Of a stretch of DNA of 64,000 nucleotides, positions 25,940-36,580 are shown piece after piece. Position numbers and translations under genes: made by a program. The notes below the pieces were generated by a model. That model was not told the origin of the DNA, ran no database searches, and saw only the letters and a program-made list of their open reading frames with translations. Every line of letters starts with the position of its first letter. The stretch's first letter is position 1. The stretch comes from Mobula hypostoma (Eukaryota): NCBI RefSeq assembly GCF_963921235.1, contig NC_086097.1, positions 200,696,001 through 200,760,000 on the forward strand, in the 5' to 3' direction.

Positions 25940-26978
25940 CTCTAATGAAGCCTTTCAAACTCTATATCGAATGTTGAAAGGCCTCGATGTTTCCTATGAC
26001 GGGGAGTCTAAGACTGCCTCTAAATAGAGGGGCGTCCTTTTAGGATGGAGATGAGGGGGGGCAAGTCTTCAGCCAGAGAGTGGTGAGTATGTTTTATTTG
26101 TTGCCACAGGCAGCCAAGGAGGCTAAGTCAATGGGTATATTTAAGGCAGAGGTTGATAGATTCTTGATTAGTCAGGGCTTGAAGGGATACGGGAGAAAGC
26201 AGGATATTGGGAGAAAATGGATCAGCCATGATGAAATGGCAGAGCAGACTCGATGAGCCAAATAACCTAATTCTGCTCCTATATGAGGAGGAGGAGAAGA
26301 TGGCGGCGCAATGCAGCCTGCTCTGGTGAATGATATCCGTAATCTGTCAAGTAGGGTGCCATGCACAATCCTGATTTGATGGAGACAGACATAAGAGAAC
26401 GGAGGAACATCTGGAGAAACTTCTGAAATGCCTTTTTCGCTGCCGCTGTTACTGTGTGATCCGGAATCTCCGGAGGGGAAGGCCCTGAATCCTCAGCTTT
26501 ACTTGTTGCTCGGCGGCCGGGACGGGGTCGAAGCGCTCGGCAGAGATGATGCTCGGTGCTCGGTGTCGAAGGGCTGGTCGGAGGCTCAAAGTTTTCAGAT
26601 GGACTCAGGGTCGGCTGTGGTCAGGTGCTTCCAATGCATCGACAGTTGTCAGTGCCTGGAGGTTTATGGCAGAGAGAGTTTCTCCCTTCTGCCGCCTGCT
26701 ATCGGGAGTCGATCGGAAATTTGAGACTTTTTTTACTGTTACCATGGTCTGCTGTTTATCAAATTATGGTATTGCTTTGCACTGCTGTAACTATATGCTA
26801 TAATGATGTGGTTTTGTCAATGTTAGTCTTTGGCTTGTCCTGTTTTTTTGTGATATCACTCTGGAGGAACATTGTATCATTTCTTAGTGCATGGATGCAT
26901 TTCTAAATGACAATAAATGAGGACTGAGTGTCCTCATAATCTAATAATCTAATCTAATATGTTGTGGTTTTACGGTCT
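25940..26978 (+). mobile_element. CR1 3' fragment whose tail is interrupted by the element at 26286-26956
   Basis: YRMLKGLD, and the 3' UTR ...CCTAATTCTGCTCCTATATG|TTGTGGTTTTACGGTC. Confidence 0.75.
26286..26956 (+). mobile_element. Non-autonomous ORF-less retroposon (about 670 bp), copy 1
   Basis: Starts AGGAGGAGGAGAAGATGGCGGCGC, has a CpG-rich body, and ends GACAATAAA...(AATCT)n. TSD ATATG at 26281-26285 and 26957-26961. Homologous to 40559-41183. Confidence 0.8.
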
Positions 26979-27919
26979 AAACCCACGACCTCTGGTTGTA
27001 GTCAGTGGAAAAAGCCCTTCTGCATTTAGCCTAACTATACGCTTCCTAATTTTGTATACATCTATCAACTCTCAATCTTCTACATTCCGAGGAATAAAGT
27101 CCTAACCTATTCAATTTTTCCTTATAACTTAGGTCATCCAGAAGTTGGGGAACTTTTGGAATTCCCAGAGGGCTGTGATTTACTCATTATGTTAATCCAA
27201 ATCAGAAATTGATGGATTTCTGGCATTAAAGGAATCAAGCTATACGAGAAATTGCACTGCAATAAGTAATCAGCCAATGATCTTCAGGCTGAATTTCAGA
27301 AGCACTTTGGAAGAAGTCCAGCTTTTCCGGTATGGAGGTTCATGCAGAAACTTCTTCAGGGTACTTGCAGGCCAAATCATGAGGCAGGGTGTGATGGTTT
27401 TTATTGCAGCACACATAGCAGCAACCCATTATCTGTGCACTGCAGTGCAAGCTCAGCTTGCTGATATGCTAACCTGGAGGGCGTGTTGTGGTTGCCTGTT
27501 TGCAAAAGGGCATGCTGGATCTTGCAACAGTCCCAGATATCAGATCTACTGTCTTATTTCAGAAATGCAGCATTTGTGATCCTCTGCAAGAGATGTTGCT
27601 GTTGCATGCAAGCCAGTCAATCCAATTGCTGCTATTTATGCTCAGAAGCCTCTATGTGAAGCTTTATAAATCCAGAGCAGCTCAATGTCTTCCTTCATGG
27701 CCAAATGCAAGGCTGCAAAATTCCGCTATCTTGTGTGGTACTGCACTGAAATATTTCCATAGGCAGAGGAAAACAAAAGTAAGTTGGTTAGGGAAATGTA
27801 GTCAAGCAGACAGATTCTGTACGATAACAGGAGCGAAGGAGCAGACAATTTTATTTTTAATTTCATCAGTCAGTGTGTAAAATACAGTGCATCCAATCCA
27901 ATCGAGTCCAATCCAAGTG

Positions 27920-28860
27920 TTCCCCCATTGGAAGTCATGAAATCATGGATGCAGCAAGAGATCCAGAGTTGGCTGAAGTTTAGGTCAAGTGACCCAGATC
28001 TACCTAGACAGGAACTCTAGGTACAACCCTCGTAAAACTATCAGGGATGTCAAGAGACAATACCAGTCCAAGGTGGAGTTCCAGACTATCCATTGATTGT
28101 GGCAAGGTTTGACACTATGGTCCTCAAAACAAAGTCTGGCAGCATCTCTGGCAACAGAGCATCCCTCTCCAATGAGCTCAATTCATTCTATGCACGTTTG
28201 GAACAGAAGGTCAGTGAAATGATGCCACTTGCCCCAACAACCTTTGATACATCTGTACCCACAGTCAGCATCATACATGTCAGGTCTGCCATCTTGAGGG
28301 TGAACTTGTGGAAAGGAACTGGCCTGGATGGAGTGCCCATTTGTGTTCTCAGATCCTGTGCCAACTAGCTGGCAGGAGTATTCACTCACTCACATCTTTA
28401 GCCTCCCCCTACTCCAACTAGACATTTCCATCTACTCTGAGAAGACCAATATTATCCTGGCGCCAAAGAAAAATAAGGTCCTATGCCTTAATTATGCCTA
28501 TATCTGGATAACAAGATATCAGACTCCTACTTGTTGACTCGCTTTGTCTTCAATACCATAATAATCACAAACAAACTAAACTCCTAGACCTATAACTCTG
28601 CACCAGCCCCCTCTTTGCAACTGGATCCTTCCTCACCAATAAACCCCAACCAGTTTAGATGGGCAACAACACCTCCTCCACAATGACCCTTAAACTGTCG
28701 TGCAAGGCTGTGTTCTCAACCCTTTACTGTATTCCTTATAAATATCTCAAAGAATGACAAGGCGGAGTATAGGAAAGAGATAAGAGTTTAGTGACATGGT
28801 GTCAGGACAACAATATTTCCTTCAATGTCAGCAAAACAAAAGAGCTTGTAATTGATTTGG
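27920..28860 (+). mobile_element. Decayed Rex1/Babar LINE fragment
   Basis: SLSNELNSFYAR, RVNLWKGTGLDGVP..VLRSCA; homologous to 30289-32262. Confidence 0.8.
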
Positions 28861-28861
28861 A

Positions 28862-29410
28862 ACATACAGTGGAGTGGTAGAGAACAGGGACCAGTCTTTT
28901 AGCCTCTGATGTTGTGCCAATTTAATTAAGCTAATGAAACCTTATCTCTTCTACCTGCACAAGGCCCATATCTTTCTGTTCTCTGCATATTCGTGTGCCT
29001 ATCTTAAAACCTCTTAAATGTTTCTATATTTGTCTCCACTACTACAACTGATAGCACATTCCAGTTACCCACCACATACTCCTTTGAACTGTAATAAATT
29101 TGCCCCGCATATCTCCTTTGAACTTTTGGCTTCTCATCATAAATGCATGTCCTGTAGTATTAGACATTTTGACCCTGGGAAAAAAGATACATGCTATCTA
29201 CTCTATCTATGCCTCTGATAATTTTATAAACTTCTATCAGGTCTCCTCTCAATCTCTGCTACTCTGGAGAAAACACCCCTAGTTTGTCCAGCCTCTCTCT
29301 TTTTGCACTTTCTCTCTAATCTAGGCAGCATCCTGATAAACCTGTTCTGCGCCCTCTCTGTAACTTTCACACCCAGATGCAGCCTAACCAGAGTATTGTA
29401 AGTACAGTAA
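28862..29410 (-). mobile_element. Older CR1 3' fragment, apparently continued at 32270-32470
   Basis: YNTLVRLHL..ERAQNRFIRMLP. The upstream part (AYGMLAF) resumes at about 32270. Confidence 0.65.
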
Positions 29411-29414
29411 ATCC

Positions 29415-30290
29415 TAAAGATAAGACCATAGACCATAAGATATAGGAGCAGAATTAAGCCATTCAGTCCATCGAGTCTGCTCCGCCATTTCATCATGGTT
29501 GATCCAAATTTCCTCTCACCCCCAATCTCCTGCCTTCTCCCCTAGCTCTTCATGCCCAGACCAATCAAGAATCTATCAATCGCTGCCTTAAATATACATA
29601 AAGAATTAGCCTCCACAGATGCCTGTGGCAAAGAATTCCATGATTTGCAACTCTCTGGCTAAAGAAATTTCTTCTCATCTCTGTTCTAAAAGGATGCCCC
29701 TCTATTCTGAGGCTGTGTCCTCTGGTCTTAGACTCTCCCACCATAGGGGGTATCCTCTCCACATCCATTCAATCAAGCCCTTTCACCATTCAATAGGTTT
29801 CAATGAGGCTACGCCTTATTCTTCTGAATTCCAGTGATTACAGGCCCAAAGCCATCAAACAAGCTATTCAATCCTGGAATCATTTTCATGAACCTACTTT
29901 GAACCCTCAACAGTTTCAGTACATCCTTTCTAAAATAAGAGGCCCAAACCTGCTCACAATACTCCTAGTGAGGCCTCACCAGTGCTTTATAAAGTCTCAA
30001 TATGACATCCTTGCTTTTATATTCTAGTCTACTTGTGACGAATGCTAATTTATGTTTAGGGAATCCTGCACAACGATGCCCAAGTCCCTTTGCACCTCAG
30101 CTTTTTGTAATTTCTCTTCATTTAGAAAATAGTCAATCCTTTCATTTCTTCTACCAAAGTGCATGACCATACACTTCCCAACACTTTATTCCATCTGCCA
30201 CTTCTTTGCCCATTCTCCTAATCTGTCTAAATCCTCTGTAGCCTTTCTACTTCCTCAAAACTACCTGCTCCTCCACCTATCTTCATATCA
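29415..30290 (-). mobile_element. CR1 3' fragment
   Basis: (TAAGACCA)n tail and TRGHSLRIEGHPFRTEMRRNFFSQRV. Confidence 0.9.
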
Positions 30291-32262
30291 GTGACTAGCT
30301 ACATCAGCAAGTGCATTGATGACGTCATTGTATCCAAGACGATTACTACACGTGCTAACCAGAAGCCATGGATGACAGCGGAGGTGCGTGTGCTGCTGAG
30401 GACCCGTGACTCCACCTTCAGAGCAGGCAACAAGGTAGCCCTAACAACAGTGAGGGTCAAACTGTCCCGGGCCATCAGAGAAGCAAAATGTACACATGCC
30501 CAGCGAATCCACAGCCACTTCCAGGACAGCAGCGACATGCGGCGCATGTGGAGGGCATTCAGGACATCACCAACTTCAAGACAACACCACCTGCCTGTGC
30601 TGGTGATGTCTCCCTTCCAGATGCGTTGAACAACTTCTACGCTCATTTTGAGGCGGAAAATGACATGGCGAGGAGGAAGACCACCCCTCCTCCAAATGAC
30701 CATGTGCTGTGCCTTATCGCGTCCAATGTGAGGAGAACCCTGTGCAGGGTCAACCCACGGAAGGTTGCTGGACCAGACAATATTCCTGGCAGAGTGCTTA
30801 GAGGATGTGCAGACCAGCTAGCAGAGCTTCTCACTGACATCTCCAACATCTTCCTGAGCAGCGTCATCGTTCCTACATGCTTCAAGGCTGCCACCATCAT
30901 CCCCGTGCCGAAGAAGTCTTCAGTGTCCTGCCTTAATTATGACTGTCCTGTTGCACTCACATCCATCATCATGAAGTGTTTCGAGAGATTTGTCATGAGG
31001 CACATCAAGACCCTGCTGCCCCCCTCACTGGACCCCCTGCAGTTTGCGTACCGTCCCAACCGTTTAACAGATGACACCATTGCCATCACTCTCCACCTGG
31101 CCCTAACCCACCTGGACAAAAAAGACACGTATGTCCGAATGCTGTTCATAGACTTCAGCATTCAACATAATCATTCCTCAGAAACTGATTGGAAAGCTGA
31201 AACTGCTGGGTCTGAACACCTTCCTCTGCAACTGGATCCTAGACTTCCTGACTGGGAGACCTCAGTCAGTCCGGATTGGAAGCAGCATCTCCAACACCAT
31301 CACACTGAGCATGGGCGACCCCCCAGGGCTGTGTGCTCAGTGCACTGCTGTTCACTCTGCTGACGCACGACTGTGCTGCAACAGACAGCTCAAACCACAT
31401 CATCAAGTTCATCGATGACACAACCGTGGTGGGTCTCATCAGCAAGAACGATGGGTCAGCATACAGAGAGGAGGTGCAGCGGCTAATGGACTGGGGCAGA
31501 GCCAACGACCAGTCTCTGAATGTCAACAAAACAAAAGAGGTGGTTGTTGACTTCGGGAGGACATGGAGCGACCACTCTCCACTGAACATTGATGGCTCCT
31601 CCATCGAAATCGTTAAGAGCACCAAATTTCTTGGTGTTCATCTGGCGGAGAATTTCACCTGGTCCCTCAACACCAGCTCCATAGCAAGGAAAGCCTATCA
31701 GCATCTCTACTTCCTGCGAAGGCTGAGAAAAGTCCATCTCCCACCCCCACATCCTCACCACATTCTACAGAGGTTGTATTGAGAGCATCCTGAGCAGCTG
31801 CATCACTGCCTGGTTTGGAAGTTGCACCATCTCAGATCGCAAGACCCTGCAGCGGATAGTGAGGTTAGCTGAGAAGATCATCAGGGTCGCTCTTCCCTTC
31901 ATTACAGACACTTACACCACACACTGCATTCGTAAAGCAAACAGCATTATGAAGGACCCCACGCACCCCTCATACAAACTCTTCTCCCTCCTGCCATCTG
32001 GCAAAAGGCACCAAACCACTTGGGCTCTCACGACTAGACTATGTAACAGTTTCTTCCCCCAAGCCATCAGACTCCTCAATACCCAGAGCCTGGACTGACA
32101 CCAACCTACTGCCCTCTACTGTACCTATTGTCTTGTTTATTATTTATTGTAATGCCTCATTGTTTTGTGCGCTTTATGCAGTCCTGGGTTGGTCTGTAGT
32201 CTAGTGTAGTTTTTGTGTTGTTTTTACGTAGTTCAGTGTAGTTTTTGTATTATTACATATAA
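30289..32262 (+). mobile_element. Relatively well preserved 5'-truncated Rex1/Babar LINE
   Basis: [65 protein letters not shown]; a few frameshifts; GT-rich 3' UTR. Confidence 0.95.
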
Positions 32263-32809
32263 CATAAAAATATAGCTTCCTGACTTGTGAACTCAGTGCC
32301 TCAACTAACAAAAGCAAGCATGCCATATGCTTTCTTCATCACTGTAGTGACTTGTGCGTCCACTTTAAGGGAGCTATGGGTTTTGACCCCAAGATCATCT
32401 ACATATCAGTGGATGCTGTCATTAACTCCGTACTTTCCCTTCACAGTTGGTTTCCCAAAGCTCAGCACTTAATGTTACAGAACGAAGAAATCATAGCTGT
32501 TCCCAAGACATTGATTTACATGCTGCAAAATCACTGGACATTGACAGTACAGAAATATTTTTGGCCAGGATGCATCTGTATTAAATAGAACAGCCACAAG
32601 TGGAATAAAATCAAACAGTGGAAAACTCCACCATGGAGATGTCCACAATCTGTAAAACAACTGGGTTCTTGCTTTGTCTACTGCCATCTGACAAGGGCAA
32701 ATAATATGTTTTCACCTCAATTAGATTATATATGGTGCCTGTGATCTCCTTCATGCAACAGTGAATGGCAGACTGTGAACAATTTTGGGATCTCCAGCTC
32801 CATTCAAAA

Positions 32810-33064
32810 ATCAGCCCAATGAACAGATGTTGATCGCCACTAATAAATATTATTTCCTCTGCAGTGAATCCTTCTCTTTTGTTTAGTTATTTGTTTCACT
32901 CTGCTGTGCTGCATTGTGAGGAATGGCTACTGAAAACCCTGTACCTGGAACGAATGATTATCATAAAACCCTTAACAATTTATGCAATCCTTTAAAATCA
33001 CACAAGTGGAAGTATTTCCTGCATGTTATTAGCTGCATCACTGAATATCCAACGAGACAAAGTT
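32810..33064 (+). repeat. 255-bp dispersed direct repeat, copy 1
   Basis: Matches 45212-45466 without gaps; I count 7 substitutions. Confidence 0.95.
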
Positions 33065-33469
33065 GGCATTATGACAACATTGCACATGGTTGCCATGTTT
33101 TTATTACTCTGCACACCTCTAGTGGGCAATTTTTTCCCAATATGGTAGCTGGCACAGCTCCCGCTATAAGTGTGTACCCACCAGATGCCTGATTGTAATT
33201 AGATAACCATAAAATGCTTACCTAATAGGTGCTGGCCTTTCAAATATTATGGCCTAGAAATGCAAGCATTTCCTGACTTAGCTTCAGCCAAAACGACAGC
33301 AAGAATTATTTTTGATAAATTCAGTGTATAATTTTTGGGTAACACGTAGGGTCAACATAATGTCTGACCTCCAGTTTGCATACTTGGATGAAGCATGAAA
33401 ATACAATTTTGTAATACTTCATGACATATTGAAATGCTTTAGAAGTCCTAACATTGTCCCAAGGCAGAT

Positions 33470-34020
33470 GAGGCCTAATTTGGACTATTCTCTGCAGCTT
33501 TGATCACCTACCAACAGGAAAGATGTCAATAAGATAGAAGAGTGCAGAGAAAATTGACAAATATATTGCCAGGACTTGAGGATCTGAGTTTCCTATAGGG
33601 AAAAGTTGAATAGGTTAGAACTTTATTTACTAGAGCATAGGAGAATGAGAGGAGATTTGACTGAGGTACACAAAATCATGAGGGGTACAGATAGGATAAA
33701 ATCAAGCAAGCTTTTTCCAGTGAGGTTGGGTGAGGCTAGAACTAGAGGTCATGGGTTAGAAAAGGTGAAATGTTTAAGGAGAACATGAGGGAAATGTCTT
33801 TGCTCAGAGAGTGGTGAGACCGTAGAATGAACTGCCATCAGATGTGGGTTCGATTTTTGACATTTAGGAGAAGCTTGGATAGGTTCATAAATAGTTGGGA
33901 AGCATATGTGGAGGACTATGGTCTGAGTTCAAGTCAATGGGTCTAGACACATTAATTGTTTGGCATGGACTAAATGGGCCAAAGGGCCTGATTCTGTGCT
34001 GTAGTGTCTATGACTCTAAG
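33470..34020 (+). mobile_element. CR1 3' fragment
   Basis: RRMRGDLTEVHKIMRG..TRGHG and the CR1-type end GGGCCAAAGGGCCTGATTCTGTGCTGTA. Confidence 0.8.
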
Positions 34021-34596
34021 GTGGATAGAGTGATAACATATTTTGTGTTACTCAAATTAAATACATTTTGGTTTGACCACCACTTCCAAATCATGTTTAA
34101 TTCAGGGACATCATCAGGACCATTTCAAAAGGTCTAAATGTCAACAATGATTATGTAAGGAAGTTCCCTTTTAAACTGATTATTACTGTGCTGGTTCTAG
34201 CCTAATCAAATGGGTGCAATAATGCTGAGTTTAATTTCTATTGTGTAGTACAACAGAAAAGCAGGAACTAGAGCAGAGTAACTCGAAGGACAGGTTTTGA
34301 GGTTTTATGAAGAATAAATAACTCCACCTGGGGCCTTTTGGAATAGAGAAATGGTGCAAACAGAAGATTTGCAACCCAAAGCAGTTCCAAGAAACATGTA
34401 GCAACACACATATGCTGGAGGAACTCAGCAGATCAGGCAGCTTCTATAAAGTTGGTTTCAGGCCAAGTATCTTCATCAGGATGGGAAAGAAAAAGCCAGA
34501 ATTAAGGAGTGGGGTAGAGGGAGGAACTTGAGCTGATGCATGATAGATAAATCCAGGTGAGAGGAGAAAGTAGTGAAGTGAAGGGGGGGAGGGAAT

Positions 34597-34807
34597 GTCG
34601 ACTCAGACCATGACAGGCCTGCGTCGGGCATTTTCATGCCTTACAAGGCGCAGATTGGAAGTCTGTGTGGGGTACCACTCCTCGCACAGACACTAGAGCA
34701 ATGTGTGGTTAAGTGCCTTGCTCAAGGACACAAACACCCTGCCACAGCTGAGACTCAAACTAGTGACCTTCGGATCACTAGACGAACGCCTTAACCACTT
34801 GGCCACG
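34597..34807 (-). mobile_element. tRNA-derived SINE with CORE-like segment
   Basis: Minus strand CGTGGCCAAGTGGTTAAGGCGTT...TGTGTCCTTGAGCAAGGCACTTAACCACACATTGCTC, the same head as 15376-15545. Confidence 0.8.
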
Positions 34808-35654
34808 TTGGGGGGGGGAGGTGGGAATTATGTGAGTCGCTGGAAGGTGATAGATGGAAAAGGCAAAGGGATAAACAAGATAGAATCTGACTGGAAGAGA
34901 CAGTAAACCATGGATAAAGGGAAGGAGTTGATGTGCAGGAGGAATGAATGTACTGGTGATTGGCAGGTCGTGAGAACAGGACAGGGTAAGAAGCAAGATG
35001 AATGGGAAAGAAAAGGGGAGGGGATAGAGAGAGTGGCTACCAGAAGTTAGAGAAATCGACGTGGATGTTATCAGGTTCCAGACTACCAAGATGTAATATG
35101 AGGAGTTGTTCCTCTAATCATCATCTGCCCTCAACTGAGCAGTGGAGGAGCCATGGACAGACATGGCGGTGTGGGAATGGGAAGGGGAATTAGCATTGCT
35201 GGTCACTGGGAGACCCTTGCAAAGTGAAAGTGCTCAACGATGCAATCCCCCAATCTGTGTCTTGTCTCATCGATGTGGAGGAGACTGCACCAGAAGCAGT
35301 GGATTCACATATGAAGTACTGCCTCACCTGGAAGGACTTATTAGAGCCCTGAATGGTGATGAGGAGGAGGTATAAAACCAGGTGTAACGGAGGTAAGTGA
35401 CCGGAATGAGGATTGATTGCAGAGGAATGGGCAGACGGAGAGAGTAATCCCTAGAGAATGTGAAGAGGGGAGAGGAGGGGAAGATGTGCCTGGTTGTGGA
35501 ATACATTGTAAATGCTATAAGTTGTGGAGAATAATAAGTTGGATGCAGAGGCTTATGCATGGTAAGTGAGGGAAACCTATTATTATGGGAGGTAATGGGA
35601 TGAGGGCAGATGTGTGCTAAGTGAAGGAGATATGGGTGAGAGCTGCATTGACAA

Positions 35655-36383
35655 CAGAGGACCAAAAGGCATAGGAGCAGAATTAGGCTTTTCGGTCCAT
35701 TGAGTCTGCTCTGCAATCAACATGACTGACAACAACAGTCCTATCAAAGGGTCTCAGCCCAAAATGTCAACTGTACTTTTTTCCATAGTTGCTGCCTGGC
35801 CTGCTGAGTTCCTCCAATATTCTGTATGTGTTGCTTAGATTTTCAGCATCTGCAGATGTTCTCTTGTTTGTGATTTATTAGATCTCTCAATCCCATTCTC
35901 CTGCCTTCTCCCCATAACATCTGACACTCCAATTAATCAAGAACTTAGCAACCTCAACTTTAAATATCTTCAATGACTTGGGCCTCCATAGGCAACTGTG
36001 GCAATGAATTCCACAGATTCACTACCATCTGTTTGAAAACTTTCTCCTCATCTCTGTTCTAAATGGACATCACTCTATTCTGAGGCTGTGCTTCTGGTCC
36101 TAAACTCCCCCGCTATAGAAAATATCCTCTCCACATTCACTCTTACTGGCCTTTCAATATTTGATTGGTTCCAATGAAATTCCTCCTCATTCTTTTAAAT
36201 ACCAGTGAGTACAGGTCCAAAGCCATCAAATGTTCCTCATTTGTCAGCCCATTCTTTCCTGGAATCACTCTCGGAACCTCCTCTGGACCGTCTCTAATGC
36301 CAGCACATCTTTTCTTAGATAAGGGGCCCAAAACTGCTCACAATTCTCTAAATGCAATCTGACAAATGGCTTCTAAAGCCATA
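35655..36383 (-). mobile_element. CR1 3' fragment containing a short (+) PLE terminus at about 35730-35872
   Basis: EEHLMALDLYSLVFKRMRRN. The CR1 3' UTR is interrupted by CAGTCCTATCAAAGGGTCTCAGCCC...CTCTTGTTTG. Confidence 0.8.
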
Positions 36384-36580
36384 GCAGTGGCAGGGAAGCC
36401 TGTTTTCTGAAAAAATTCCTGGAATGGAACGTCTCATCATGAGAACAATAGTGGTGGAGACAGAGGGCCTGAAGAAGGAAATTGTATCCTTGCAAGTGAC
36501 AGAATGGGAAAATGTGTGGTTAAAGTTACAGTGGACATCAGTGTGTTTGAAAAAGATGCCAGTAGGTAATCTGTCTCTGG

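Noticed and set aside
27277..27880. Overlapping 100-130 aa ORFs and a 16-nt AG..GTAAGT cassette at 27763-27778
   Set aside because: No recognisable homology and not frame-preserving; insufficient support.
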